Shown here: one piece after another, positions 9,519 to 21,696 of the stretch | Layout of the letters: every line of letters starts with the position of its first letter | Numbering within the stretch: position 1 is the stretch's first letter | Source of the DNA: Planctomycetota bacterium | GTDB lineage: Bacteria > Planctomycetota > UBA8742 > UBA2392 | Direction: 5' to 3' | DNA length: 64,000 nucleotides | Assembly: GCA_019636215.1 (NCBI GenBank) | Contig: JAHBXZ010000005.1 | Location: forward strand, 129,159 to 193,158 | The notes under the pieces: generated by a model | The model's database searches: none | Told to the model about the DNA's origin: nothing | What the model saw: the letters and a program-made list of their open reading frames with translations, nothing else | Made by a program: the position numbers and the translations under genes

Positions 9519-10793
9519 ATGGCCGCCAATCCACTGAAAGTCGTGATCCTGGCCGCGGGCAAAAGCACCCGGATGAAATCGGCCACGCCCAAGGTACTGC
9601 ACAAAGTCGCGGGCCTGCCCATGCTGCGCTGGGTCCTGGACCAGGCGCTGTCCATGAACCCCCAGCAGGTTGTGGTTGTCGTCGGGCATGAATCCGTGCG
9701 CGTACGCAAGGCCTTTGACGGCATGCCACAGGTCGTGTTTGTGACGCAGGAACCCCAGCAGGGCACCGGCCACGCCGTCATGCAGGCCCGCCAGCACCTT
9801 TCCGGTTTTGACGGCGACGTTGCCGTTCTGTGCGGCGACGTGCCACTGACTCGCCACGAAACCCTGGCTGCGCTGCTGGCGGCCCATGCCGGCCACAGTG
9901 CCACGGTTCTGACCACGCGGCTTGAGAAACCGGGAAGCTACGGGCGGATTGTGCGCGACAGCGCCGGGCGTGTGGGCGCGATTGTCGAGGCCAAAGACCT
10001 GAAGCCCGGCCAGGCCGAGATCCGCGAGATCAACTCGGGCACATACATTTTTCACGCGCCGTCACTGCTGGCCTGTCTCGACCTGCTGACAACCAACAAC
10101 GCCCAGGGCGAATACTACCTGACCGACGTCATTCACCACCTGGCCGCGCAAGGCAAGCCTGTCGCCGCTCACCTGTGCCCGGACAGCCGTGAGGTTCTGG
10201 GCATCAACACACGGGTTGACCTCGCCCAGTGCGACGTGGTTGCGCGCGCCAGGGTAACGGAAGACCTGATGCTGGATGGCGTGACGATTCTTGACCCGGC
10301 CAACACGTACATTGAAGCCGGCGTAACCATCGGCCGCGACACCACGGTGTACCCGTTCTCGGCGATTCACGCGGGCGTAGAGATCGGCCAACACTGCGAG
10401 ATCGGGCCGTTTGCCCACCTTCGCGCGGGCACGAAACTGGGCCATCACTGCAAGGTCGGCGCGTTTGTCGAGACCAAGAACGCGGTGTATGGCGACGGCA
10501 GCAAATCCGGCCACCTGGCTTACCTGGGCGACGTGACGCTGGGCAAAGACGTGAACATCGGCGCCGGCAGCATCGTGGCCAACTACGACGGCAAACAGAA
10601 GCACCAGACTCAGATCGACGACAACGCGTTCATCGGCTGCGGCACAGTGCTGGTCGCGCCGGTGAAGGTGGGCAAGAACGCGCAGACCGGCGCCAACACC
10701 GTGGTGCCCAAGGGCAAAGACGTGGCCCCCGACACCGTCGTGGCCGGGATTCCTGCCCGTGTCTTGAAGACCCGACAACCCAAGGCAACGTAG
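9519..10793 (+). CDS. glmU: Bifunctional UDP-N-acetylglucosamine pyrophosphorylase / glucosamine-1-phosphate N-acetyltransferase
   Basis: N-terminal LKVVILAAGKSTRMKS nucleotidyltransferase motif. C-terminal left-handed beta-helix hexapeptide repeats. 424 aa. Confidence 0.9.
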   Translation: MAANPLKVVILAAGKSTRMKSATPKVLHKVAGLPMLRWVLDQALSMNPQQVVVVVGHESVRVRKAFDGMPQVVFVTQEPQQGTGHAVMQARQHLSGFDGDVAVLCGDVPLTRHETLAALLAAHAGHSATVLTTRLEKPGSYGRIVRDSAGRVGAIVEAKDLKPGQAEIREINSGTYIFHAPSLLACLDLLTTNNAQGEYYLTDVIHHLAAQGKPVAAHLCPDSREVLGINTRVDLAQCDVVARARVTEDLMLDGVTILDPANTYIEAGVTIGRDTTVYPFSAIHAGVEIGQHCEIGPFAHLRAGTKLGHHCKVGAFVETKNAVYGDGSKSGHLAYLGDVTLGKDVNIGAGSIVANYDGKQKHQTQIDDNAFIGCGTVLVAPVKVGKNAQTGANTVVPKGKDVAPDTVVAGIPARVLKTRQPKAT

Positions 10794-10831
10794 CCAGCCA
10801 AGGTCAGGCCAGAGGAACCGGGGAACCCAAC

Positions 10832-11788
10832 ATGGCACGCAGCAAAGGCATCAAGGTATTTGCCGGCAACTCGAACATGGCCCTTGCGAAGTCCATCTGC
10901 AAGGTACTCGAAATCCCGCTTGGCCAGGCGCGCATTGAAAAGTTCCCCGACGGCGAAATCGACGTCAAGATTGAAGAAGACATCCGCGGCGTCGACTGCT
11001 TTTTCATCCAGAGCACCTGCCCGCCGGTCAACGACAACATCATGGAAATGCTGCTGTTCGGCGACGCCGCACACCGCGCCAGCGCCGAACGCATCACCGC
11101 CGTCGTGCCCTATTACGGCTACGCGCGCAAAGACCGCAAAGACGAAGGCCGAGTGCCCATCAGCGCCAAGATGGTCGCCAACTGCATGGTGCAGGCAGGC
11201 TATGACCGCGTGCTGACCATGGACCTGCATGCCGCGCAGATCCAGGGTTTCTTTGACATCCCCGTGGACCACCTGTACGCGGTGCGCGAAATCTACGGCT
11301 ACTTCAGCGATATCCGCCAGAAGTCCGGCGACAAAAACATCACGATTGTCGCGCCTGACGTCGGCCGCAGCAAAGTGGCCCGAGGCTACTCCAAGCGCCT
11401 GCATGCAGGCCTTGCGATTGTTGACAAACGCCGTGTCAGCGGCGAAGAAACCGAGGTCATGGACATGATCGGCAAGGTCGACGGCCAGACCTGCGTGATC
11501 ATCGACGACATGATTGCAACCGGCGGCAGCATCGTGGATGCCGCCAAAGCCTGCAAAAAATTCGGCGCCAACGAAATCTATGTGGCCTGCACGCACCCCG
11601 TGTTCTGCGGCCCCGCCGTGGATCGCATCAAGAACGCGCCGATCAAGGAATGCGTCGTTACCGATACCATTCCCATGGACGGCAAGGAGTTCCCGACGCT
11701 TCGGGTGATCAGCGTGGCCAACACCCTGGCGCAGGCGATCCGCAGCATCCACTTCAGCGAAAGCGTCAGCCTGCTGTTCAAGGGCTGA
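10832..11788 (+). CDS. prs: Ribose-phosphate pyrophosphokinase
   Basis: Typical PRPP synthetase sequence and length (318 aa), including the PRPP-binding loop VIIDDMIATGGS. Confidence 0.9.
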   Translation: MARSKGIKVFAGNSNMALAKSICKVLEIPLGQARIEKFPDGEIDVKIEEDIRGVDCFFIQSTCPPVNDNIMEMLLFGDAAHRASAERITAVVPYYGYARKDRKDEGRVPISAKMVANCMVQAGYDRVLTMDLHAAQIQGFFDIPVDHLYAVREIYGYFSDIRQKSGDKNITIVAPDVGRSKVARGYSKRLHAGLAIVDKRRVSGEETEVMDMIGKVDGQTCVIIDDMIATGGSIVDAAKACKKFGANEIYVACTHPVFCGPAVDRIKNAPIKECVVTDTIPMDGKEFPTLRVISVANTLAQAIRSIHFSESVSLLFKG

Positions 11789-11887
11789 CCGGAAACATCT
11801 CCGGCCCCGCCCGGAATTGCCGTACAAGTGTGGGCCATTGCCTCAATTGCCGACTATGATGCTGCACCGCAGCACCGGAGGCTGACC

Positions 11888-13672
11888 ATGACCCGACTGT
11901 TGTCCCTGATTGCCGTTGCGTTTCTTCTCGGCGCGCTGCCCGTTGATGTTGCATCCCAGGAAGAATCCAAGCCTAAGCCGCCCGATTACCTGATCATCTG
12001 CGCCGACAGCCTGCACGATGCGGCATGGGAATGGGCCATGTGGCGCACCAACCACGGCCGCGCGGTGGTCGTGCGCAAACTGTCTGACATCAGCGCAGAC
12101 AAGCCCCCCACACTGGAAGCAATCCGCGAGGTCGTCCGCAAGGATGCCGGCGGCGCCACCATCACCGAAGGCTTTCAACTGCTGCTGATCGGCGACTGCC
12201 CCGTGGAAGGCCGCGAGAGTTACGACCCGAAGATTGAGATTCCCTGGTTCATGACGCCCCAGCTGGACAGCAACCCCGACCCGGCCTCGCGGGTGCGCGT
12301 ACCGACGGACAACTTCCTGGCCGACCTGGTAGATGACCCTGACCGCAAGCCCGACATCGCCGTGGGCCGCATTCCTGCACGCACGCTGGAGCAAGCCCGG
12401 GCCGCGCTGGCCAAGGTGAAGGCCTATGAAGCCGCGCCCGCCGGCGAGTGGATGCGCAACCTGACTTTCTTTGCCGGCGAAGGCCGCTTTGGTGCCAGCA
12501 TTGACAGCATGCTCGAGCGCCTGTTCACGCAGTTTGCCGAGCGCACCATCAGCCAGGATTACAACGTGCGCATGACCTACGCGAACATCAAGAGCAGCTA
12601 CGCGTACGCCCCGTCGCGCTTCAGCCGCAAGGTGCTGGACGAAGCCAATGCCGGCTCACTGATGCTGGTTTACATGGGCCACGGCCAGCGCGACCGGCTG
12701 GACAACATGTACGTGCAGGTGGAGGGCCAGAAGCTGAAGTACCCCATCCTCACCAGTGAAGACGTGAACGACTTCAACATCACTGACGGCCGCCTGCCCG
12801 TCATGTTGATCGTGGCCTGCGAAACCGGCCACATGGACTATGACGGCGAATGCCTTGCCGAGAAAATCGTGTTTCACCCCAAGGCGCCGATTGCCGTGCT
12901 GGCGTCTTCGCGTGACAGCCACCCCTACGCCAATACGCTTCTGCAGAAGGCCTTCATCAGTGAGATCACCGAAAACAAGGTGGCCACCTTGGGCGAGGCC
13001 ATGATGAAGGCCAAGCGCGAGCTGGTCGAGGCCAAGGACCCTGACCGCAAGCAGCTGGAAAACATGGCCATGTTCATCATTCCCAAAAAGGGCGAACGCG
13101 ACGAACTGAACCGCAGCCATATCTCGATGTACAACCTTTGCGGTGATCCAGGCCTTCGCCTGCGCCACCCAAGCCTGCGCTTGAAGCCGGCATTGGTGGA
13201 GTCGGCCGACCGCGCTGCAGTGCCGGGCGGCACCATTGCCATCAAGGTGAACGTGCCGTCATCGGCTGTGCTGGATGGCGAAGACGGCAAGCCCCCAACG
13301 ACCAAGTGGAAAGTGCAGCTTGAGCTTCAGTGCCGCAGAACCACCATCATGGGTGATCTGAAGACCGTGCCGGAAAAGGACCTTGCCAGCCCCGACGCCG
13401 ACAAACGCAAAGCCGCCGAGGACGTGCTTGCGGCCAACCATGCCACGTCCAACAACAAGCGTGTGGGCAGCTTCAGCCCGGCTTTTCAAGGCATCACCAT
13501 GCGCATGGGTAAGGAAGAGCTGTTCACCGACCTGCAATTCACGGCCAAACTGGACAATTCCCTTGCACCTGGTGATTACATTCTCAAAGTGTTCGCCCTC
13601 GATGAGAAAGGGGAAGCCTGCGGCTTCCAATCTCTGGAGTTGACTGTAAAGGAAGCACCCGAAAAGAAGTAA
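11888..13672 (+). CDS. Secreted clan-CD cysteine peptidase-like protein (C25 gingipain / C11-like), putative
   Basis: Signal peptide MTRLLSLIAVAFLLGALPVDVASQ. His-Gly (VYMGHGQRD) and Cys (IVACETGH) motifs in the order seen in caspase-like peptidases. The family assignment is tentative. Confidence 0.4.
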   Translation: MTRLLSLIAVAFLLGALPVDVASQEESKPKPPDYLIICADSLHDAAWEWAMWRTNHGRAVVVRKLSDISADKPPTLEAIREVVRKDAGGATITEGFQLLLIGDCPVEGRESYDPKIEIPWFMTPQLDSNPDPASRVRVPTDNFLADLVDDPDRKPDIAVGRIPARTLEQARAALAKVKAYEAAPAGEWMRNLTFFAGEGRFGASIDSMLERLFTQFAERTISQDYNVRMTYANIKSSYAYAPSRFSRKVLDEANAGSLMLVYMGHGQRDRLDNMYVQVEGQKLKYPILTSEDVNDFNITDGRLPVMLIVACETGHMDYDGECLAEKIVFHPKAPIAVLASSRDSHPYANTLLQKAFISEITENKVATLGEAMMKAKRELVEAKDPDRKQLENMAMFIIPKKGERDELNRSHISMYNLCGDPGLRLRHPSLRLKPALVESADRAAVPGGTIAIKVNVPSSAVLDGEDGKPPTTKWKVQLELQCRRTTIMGDLKTVPEKDLASPDADKRKAAEDVLAANHATSNNKRVGSFSPAFQGITMRMGKEELFTDLQFTAKLDNSLAPGDYILKVFALDEKGEACGFQSLELTVKEAPEKK

Positions 13673-13781
13673 ACGTCGGCAACGACGACAACTTAGGGCA
13701 GTAGCCCGGAAACGAAGGCGGGGCAGGCCACACCGGTGAGTAGCCGGTACGCAGGCACCGCAGTCCATTACCGAGGGAAAC

Positions 13782-14492
13782 ATGCAGATCCCGGCAATCA
13801 AGGCCGAGAAGCGTACCGCTTCCGGCACCAAGGCCATGCGCAAGCTTCGCGCTGGCGGAATCACGCCCGGCGTACTGTACGGCAAGGGCAAGGAAAGCCT
13901 CAACGTTCAGCTGGCGTACAAGGACCTGGCAGTCCTCACCGAGGGCAACAGCCACGTTGTGCAGCTGGATTTCGGCAATGAGAAGGCCTATGCGCTGATC
14001 CGCGGCATGGATCAGGACCACCTGGCCGACATTGTAAACCATGTGGACTTTCAGCGCGTCGACCTGACTGACAAGGTTCGTGCCCGGGTGCCGGTTACCT
14101 TCATCGGTACAGCCAAGGGCGCGGCCCAGGGCGGCGTGATGGAAGTGCTGCGCGGCGACATTGAACTGATGAGCCCAGCCGATCGCATCCCCGCACACGT
14201 GGAGATCGAGGTCGGCGGGCTTGAGATCGGCCAGTCGGTCCGTTACCGCGACCTGAACCTGCCCGAGGGCATCACTGTCTTTGGCAACCCCAGTACGATC
14301 GTCGTTCACTGCACCCACCCGCGCAAAATCGAAGAAGCTGTGGTCGCGCCCGGTGCAGAGGCTGCTGCCGGTGCACCTGCGGCCGGTGCGGCACCTGCGG
14401 CCGGCGCGCCGGCTGCTGCAGCGGCCCCTGCTGCCGGTGGCAAGGCCCCGGCTGCGGCAGCACCTGCGGCCAAGGCCCCGGCAAAGAAGTAG
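13782..14492 (+). CDS. rplY: 50S ribosomal protein L25 / general stress protein Ctc, with an Ala/Pro-rich low-complexity C-terminal tail
   Basis: MQIPAIKAEKRTASGTKAMRKLRAGGITPGVLYGKG is the L25 N-terminal domain. The tail is AAPAAGAPAAAAAPAAGGKAPAAAAPAAKAPAKK. Confidence 0.85.
   Translation: MQIPAIKAEKRTASGTKAMRKLRAGGITPGVLYGKGKESLNVQLAYKDLAVLTEGNSHVVQLDFGNEKAYALIRGMDQDHLADIVNHVDFQRVDLTDKVRARVPVTFIGTAKGAAQGGVMEVLRGDIELMSPADRIPAHVEIEVGGLEIGQSVRYRDLNLPEGITVFGNPSTIVVHCTHPRKIEEAVVAPGAEAAAGAPAAGAAPAAGAPAAAAAPAAGGKAPAAAAPAAKAPAKK
14346..14489 (+). repeat. Imperfect tandem GCN/CCN codon repeat encoding the Ala/Pro tail of L25
   Basis: Repeated gcacctgcggccggtgcg-like units. Confidence 0.6.
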
Positions 14493-14582
14493 AGACCATG
14501 AATTCGTCCCTCCCGGCGCGCGTACTCCGGGTGCGCCGGGCACAAGACCAGGGGGACAACCCAACCGGAGAGAGGACAAGTC

Positions 14583-14996
14583 ATGTCGGAAGATGGAAAG
14601 AGGCTTTACGAGGGCCTGTTCCTTGTCGATTCCGCGTTTGCCAACAAGGAACCGGAAGCGGCCGTGGAACTCTGCAAGGGTGTGCTGGAAAAGCACGGCG
14701 CCACCGTTATCCGCAGCGAGCTGTGGGGCGAGTCGCGCCTGGCCTATGAAGTGCGCAAGAACAAGCGGGGCGCCTACATCCTGACGGCATTTCGCGCCGA
14801 CACCATGAAGATGGGTGAGATCGAGCTCGAGTGCCGCCTTACCGAACGCATCCTGCGCTATCTGTTCCAGAACCGTGAAGGCATCCCGATGGAGAAGTGG
14901 TTCCGTCGTTACGAGCCTGCACAGCGCCCGCCGCGCCGCGACGACGGAGTCGAGGTCGGCGAAGTCGTCGAGACCGAGGAAGCCGCCGCCACCTGA
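14583..14996 (+). CDS. rpsF: 30S ribosomal protein S6
   Basis: LYEGLFLVDSAF...RLAYEV...GAYILTAF is the S6 family signature, in the conserved rpsF-ssb-rpsR-rplI context. Confidence 0.9.
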   Translation: MSEDGKRLYEGLFLVDSAFANKEPEAAVELCKGVLEKHGATVIRSELWGESRLAYEVRKNKRGAYILTAFRADTMKMGEIELECRLTERILRYLFQNREGIPMEKWFRRYEPAQRPPRRDDGVEVGEVVETEEAAAT

Positions 14997-15029
14997 AGCA
15001 GGTTGCGGTGTGCATGACACGAGAGACTG

Positions 15030-15515
15030 ATGATCACGTTGAACAAGGTGTTCCTTGTCGGAAACCTGGCCCGCGACCCGGACCTGCGGCACACGCCGTC
15101 GGGCACACCGGTTACGGAGTTCCGGCTTGCCGTCAGCGACAGCTACACGACCAGCAGCGGCGAGAAGCATGATCGCACCTGCTTCATCGATGTGGTCAGC
15201 TGGCGCAAACTGGCCGAAAGCTGCGCCGAGTACCTGAAAAAGGGCTCGCCTGTTTTCGTCGAGGGCCGGCTGGAACAGGACACCTGGACCACCAACGATG
15301 GCCAGAAGCGCTCCCGCATCCGCGTGGTGGCATACTCCGTGCAGTTCATCCGCCGCGAGGTCGAACGTTCGGCCTCGGGCAGGCACCTGCGCGTGGTGGA
15401 AACCAGCGGCGACACAGTGCGTGACAGTGACTACGACGGCGACCTGGCCTCACCCCCCGAAAGCGCGGGCAAGGAACAGGTAGAAGACGTGGGCGACGAC
15501 GTCACGTTGGGCTGA
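15030..15515 (+). CDS. ssb: Single-stranded DNA-binding protein
   Basis: OB fold MITLNKVFLVGNLARDPDLRHTPSGTPVTEFRLAV...RTCFIDVVSWRKLAE. The C-terminal tail is DVGDDVTLG, not the canonical DDDIPF. Confidence 0.85.
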   Translation: MITLNKVFLVGNLARDPDLRHTPSGTPVTEFRLAVSDSYTTSSGEKHDRTCFIDVVSWRKLAESCAEYLKKGSPVFVEGRLEQDTWTTNDGQKRSRIRVVAYSVQFIRREVERSASGRHLRVVETSGDTVRDSDYDGDLASPPESAGKEQVEDVGDDVTLG

Positions 15516-15539
15516 ACATAAAAACGAAAAGGCGGGCAA

Positions 15540-15842
15540 GTGCCCGGAACAAACATGAGAAGACCCGAACCAGCAAACGCAGCGGCCCGCACCAAGGCGA
15601 GCAAGCTCAAGAAGAAAAAGAAGAAGATCCGCACGCCGGTGCCGACGCAAAGCAAGTTGACCAAGGAACAGAAACTGTTTCTTGACTACAAGGACGTGGA
15701 CACGTTGTCCAAGTTCATCAGCGGCGTGGGCAAGATCCTGCCCCGCAAGCGCACCGGTGCAACGCATCGTGAACAGCAGTTGATCCGCGATGCGGTCAAG
15801 ATGGCCCGGTTCATGGCGCTGTTGCCGTACGTTTCCAAGTAA
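15540..15842 (+). CDS. rpsR: 30S ribosomal protein S18 with a Lys-rich N-terminal extension
   Basis: LFLDYKDVDTLSKFISGVGKILPRKRTGATHREQQLIRDAVKMARFMALLPY. The start could be the downstream Met at 15555. Confidence 0.9.
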   Translation: MPGTNMRRPEPANAAARTKASKLKKKKKKIRTPVPTQSKLTKEQKLFLDYKDVDTLSKFISGVGKILPRKRTGATHREQQLIRDAVKMARFMALLPYVSK

Positions 15843-15874
15843 GCAGACGGGGCAAACAAGCCCGGAGGACAAAC

Positions 15875-16327
15875 ATGAAGCTTCTTTTGCGTGAATCCAT
15901 CCGCGGGGTCGGCAAGCGCGGCGATGTTGTTGACGTTTCAGACGGGTACGCCCGCAACTACCTGCTTCCCAAGGGCCTGGCCCTCACGGCCAGCGACGAA
16001 AACGTGCGGCGCCTGGAAGGCGAAAAGCGTTCCTATGAAGCCCGCGTGGTCAAGGAACGTGAACAGGCCCAGGAAATCGCCGCCGCCATCGGCAAGGTCC
16101 AGTTGACCCTGCCCGTGCGCGCCAGCGCCGAGGGCCACCTGTTCGGCAGCGTGACGCCCAAGATCATCTGCGACGCCTTCAAGACCGAGGGCATCACACT
16201 CAAGGCCGCACAGGTGGAGCTTGAGGGCGACCACATCCGTGAACTGGGCACATACAACTTCACGATTCGTCTTCACGACGACATTGAGGTCCAGAGCCGC
16301 GTGTGGGTAGTCGCCGCCAAGGAGTAA
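15875..16327 (+). CDS. rplI: 50S ribosomal protein L9
   Basis: MKLLLRESIRGVGKRGDVVDVSDGYARNYLLPKGLAL. Confidence 0.9.
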   Translation: MKLLLRESIRGVGKRGDVVDVSDGYARNYLLPKGLALTASDENVRRLEGEKRSYEARVVKEREQAQEIAAAIGKVQLTLPVRASAEGHLFGSVTPKIICDAFKTEGITLKAAQVELEGDHIRELGTYNFTIRLHDDIEVQSRVWVVAAKE

Positions 16328-16341
16328 CACAAGACACAGGC

Positions 16342-16378
16342 AGCCGGGCGCCTTCGGGCGCCCGGCTGTGTTTTTTCA
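16342..16378 (+). terminator. Rho-independent terminator after rplI. A second hairpin lies at about 16392-16420.
   Basis: cagccgggcgcc-ttcg-ggcgcccggctg followed by tgtttttt. The second hairpin is ggccttcccgt-tggcgg-acgggaaggcc. Confidence 0.8.
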
Positions 16379-16608
16379 ACCGGTGGAAAGAAAGCGGCCT
16401 TCCCGTTGGCGGACGGGAAGGCCCAGTGTGAGTGTGCACCAGAATGTTATGTGGTTCGGTTGGTTAGTTTTCCTGGCCAGGCGGCGGGCAGGCGCGCCAG
16501 GCCCCTTTACTGCACTTCACTGCCACTTCACTGCCTTGCTGCAACAACTGCTGCTTCATGACAACTGCTGCTTGCTGCGCGCAGCCACTGGCTGCGGGTG
16601 AAGCGTAA

Positions 16609-16683
16609 CTACTTCTTCTTTGCCTTCTTGGTGGACTTCTTGGCAGCCTTCTTTGCGGGCTTCTTCTTCGCGGTACCAGCCAT
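16609..16683 (-). CDS. Putative 24-aa lysine-rich micro-protein MAGTAKKKPAKKAAKKSTKKAKKK, absent from the ORF track because it is shorter than 60 aa
   Basis: ATG at 16681-16683 (reverse strand) with GGAG 5 nt upstream (revcomp ccaaaaggagctaacATG). TAG stop at 16609-16611. It is convergent with rplI and shares its hairpins. Confidence 0.35.
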   Translation of the reverse strand: MAGTAKKKPAKKAAKKSTKKAKKK

Positions 16684-16770
16684 GTTAGCTCCTTTTGGTT
16701 TCTGAAGTTCACACACTCACTGCGTCAAAAGTATCCTGCGCACGCGGCATCGTCAAAAGGAATTCACCGG

Positions 16771-17430
16771 ATGAAGGCGATCCTTGACACGTCAATAGCA
16801 CGGGCGCGCACGAAACTTCTGCGCTTTTTTTTCTGCCTGTTGCCCGCAGCGGGGCTCTGCTCCTGCGCTGTCGGGCCACAGCCTGTGCTGACCACGCCGC
16901 AGGAATCCGTCGGCGCAATGCGTGAAGCTTTTTTTCGCGACGACGCTTCGCTGTTCATCCATTGCCTCGGTCAACCCGTGCTGTCCGAGTACAGCGCGCA
17001 CACACTGCGTGTCGGCTGGTCCGAAATCCGCCCGCGCGTCGGAGCATTTGTGGAAAAGGCGCGCGTTGTGTCCGTCGATCCGTACACCCCGCCCGTGCTC
17101 GAACCACTTCCGCCGGCCGGCTACGTCAGGCCTAGCGCCGGCGCGCAGGCCCGTGTCGTGGTCCTTGAACTCGACGGCGGGCGCGAGCGTTTTCTGTTCC
17201 AGCGTGAAGTTGACCCGCCGCTGGAAACCGCGCGGCAATCCAAAGGGTTCTGGATCGGTGATCGTTACTACGTGCGCTCAGAGCATCCTTCGGCCGACAC
17301 TTACCTGGTGGAAGACTCGCCCGAAAAGGATCGCACCCACTGGCGCCTGGTGTTTCCCTACGAGCCCTTCCAGCGCAACGGCGAACTGACCCGCCTGCTT
17401 CAGGAAACCCTGGCCAGCGAAAAGAAGTGA
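16771..17430 (+). CDS. Hypothetical lipoprotein
   Basis: Lipobox-like LLPAAGLCSCA after a basic N-terminus. No recognised domain. Confidence 0.5.
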   Translation: MKAILDTSIARARTKLLRFFFCLLPAAGLCSCAVGPQPVLTTPQESVGAMREAFFRDDASLFIHCLGQPVLSEYSAHTLRVGWSEIRPRVGAFVEKARVVSVDPYTPPVLEPLPPAGYVRPSAGAQARVVVLELDGGRERFLFQREVDPPLETARQSKGFWIGDRYYVRSEHPSADTYLVEDSPEKDRTHWRLVFPYEPFQRNGELTRLLQETLASEKK

Positions 17431-17533
17431 ACTCCGGCACCCGGGGGCGGTGTTTCTTGTACGGGCGCACCATCCTGCTATAAGGAAGCCGGGCGGGGGC
17501 GCTTTGAGTGCCCCCGATTTGTTTGGAGCAAAC

Positions 17534-17953
17534 GTGAACGCCAAGATCCTGATTGTCGCACTGCTGTTCACGGCCGCCGTGGCCGGTGCGGTCACGCTTG
17601 CGCTGCTGGAAGGCGGTATTGAATACCGTACAGTGCCGCAGCTGTTGTCGGAGTCCTACGGCGGCGAACGCGTCAAGTTGAAGGGGCAGGTTGTGGAGAT
17701 TCAGAAGGAGTTCAAGCCCGCCCAGTTCACGGTAGTCGATATCCCGGAGGGCAGCGCGCAGCCGGGCCTCTCGTGCCTGGTGATCTACGAAGGCGATGAC
17801 GTGCCCCAGGGCCTCAAGAAGGCCGCGCACGTGACGCTGGAGGGCCGCTTTGACCGCAAGCGCGGCGCTTTTGTGGCGACCATGGTCCAGACCCAGTGCC
17901 CCAGCCGTTACGAAGGGCAGCAGTTGCCGGCAATAGAGCCGGCGTCACCGTAG
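17534..17953 (+). CDS. ccmE: Cytochrome c-type biogenesis heme chaperone CcmE, CXXXY variant
   Basis: N-terminal TM, an OB-fold region and the C-terminal motif QTQCPSRYEG (Cys where His occurs in the canonical HxxxY). GTG start at 17534 with GGAG 5 nt upstream. Immediately precedes ccmF. Confidence 0.7.
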   Translation: MNAKILIVALLFTAAVAGAVTLALLEGGIEYRTVPQLLSESYGGERVKLKGQVVEIQKEFKPAQFTVVDIPEGSAQPGLSCLVIYEGDDVPQGLKKAAHVTLEGRFDRKRGAFVATMVQTQCPSRYEGQQLPAIEPASP

Positions 17954-17959
17954 TCCAAC

Positions 17960-21210
<3,251 letters not shown>

Positions 21211-21214
<4 letters not shown>

Positions 21215-21696
21215 ACACAGCACAGTGGCTGTTCGCGCTGGTCTGTCTGATGCCCGCAACCCTGGCCGCCGGGGGCGGCGCGCGCACGCCCGAGGCCGCG
21301 GACCGCATTTATCACGAAGTCGGCGACCAGTTGTTCTGCATCTGCGGCTGCCGCGAGAAGCTGCTGACATGCAGCCACAACGTCTGCGCCCAGAAGACAG
21401 CCCAGCGCCAGTATCTGCGCGAGTTGTCGCAGAACGACGTCTACGACGCATCGGCCATGAAGCAGGAGATGGTCAAGCGCTTCGGCCCCAAGGTGTTGCA
21501 GGTGCCGGAGGACAGCAACATTTACGCAGTGCTGGCAATCGGGCTGGGGGCTCTGGCCACCGCCTTTGGCGGCATGTTCTGGTACATTGTGGGTCGCAAC
21601 CGGGCACAGGCCGAGGCCGCCACGGCCGCGCCTGCCGCCGCTGTTCCCGACGAACTGGAACAGCGCATTGAACGCGACATGCAGGAGCTTGAATGA
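21211..21696 (+). CDS. ccmH: Cytochrome c-type biogenesis protein CcmH/CycL-like
   Basis: Signal peptide. Paired-Cys motif LFCICGCREKLLTCS, compared with LRCxxC in CcmH. A C-terminal TM. ATGA overlap with ccmF. Confidence 0.6.

Noticed and set aside
8339-11827. Several 300-400-aa minus-strand ORFs (8339..9481, 9117..10055, 10610..11827)
   Set aside because: They are antisense to the kinase, glmU and prs genes and have no independent support.
13584-15386. 600-aa ORF on the minus strand
   Set aside because: It is antisense to the rplY, rpsF and ssb genes, which all have clear family signatures. Its Arg/Gly/Ala-rich composition is typical of spurious high-GC antisense ORFs.
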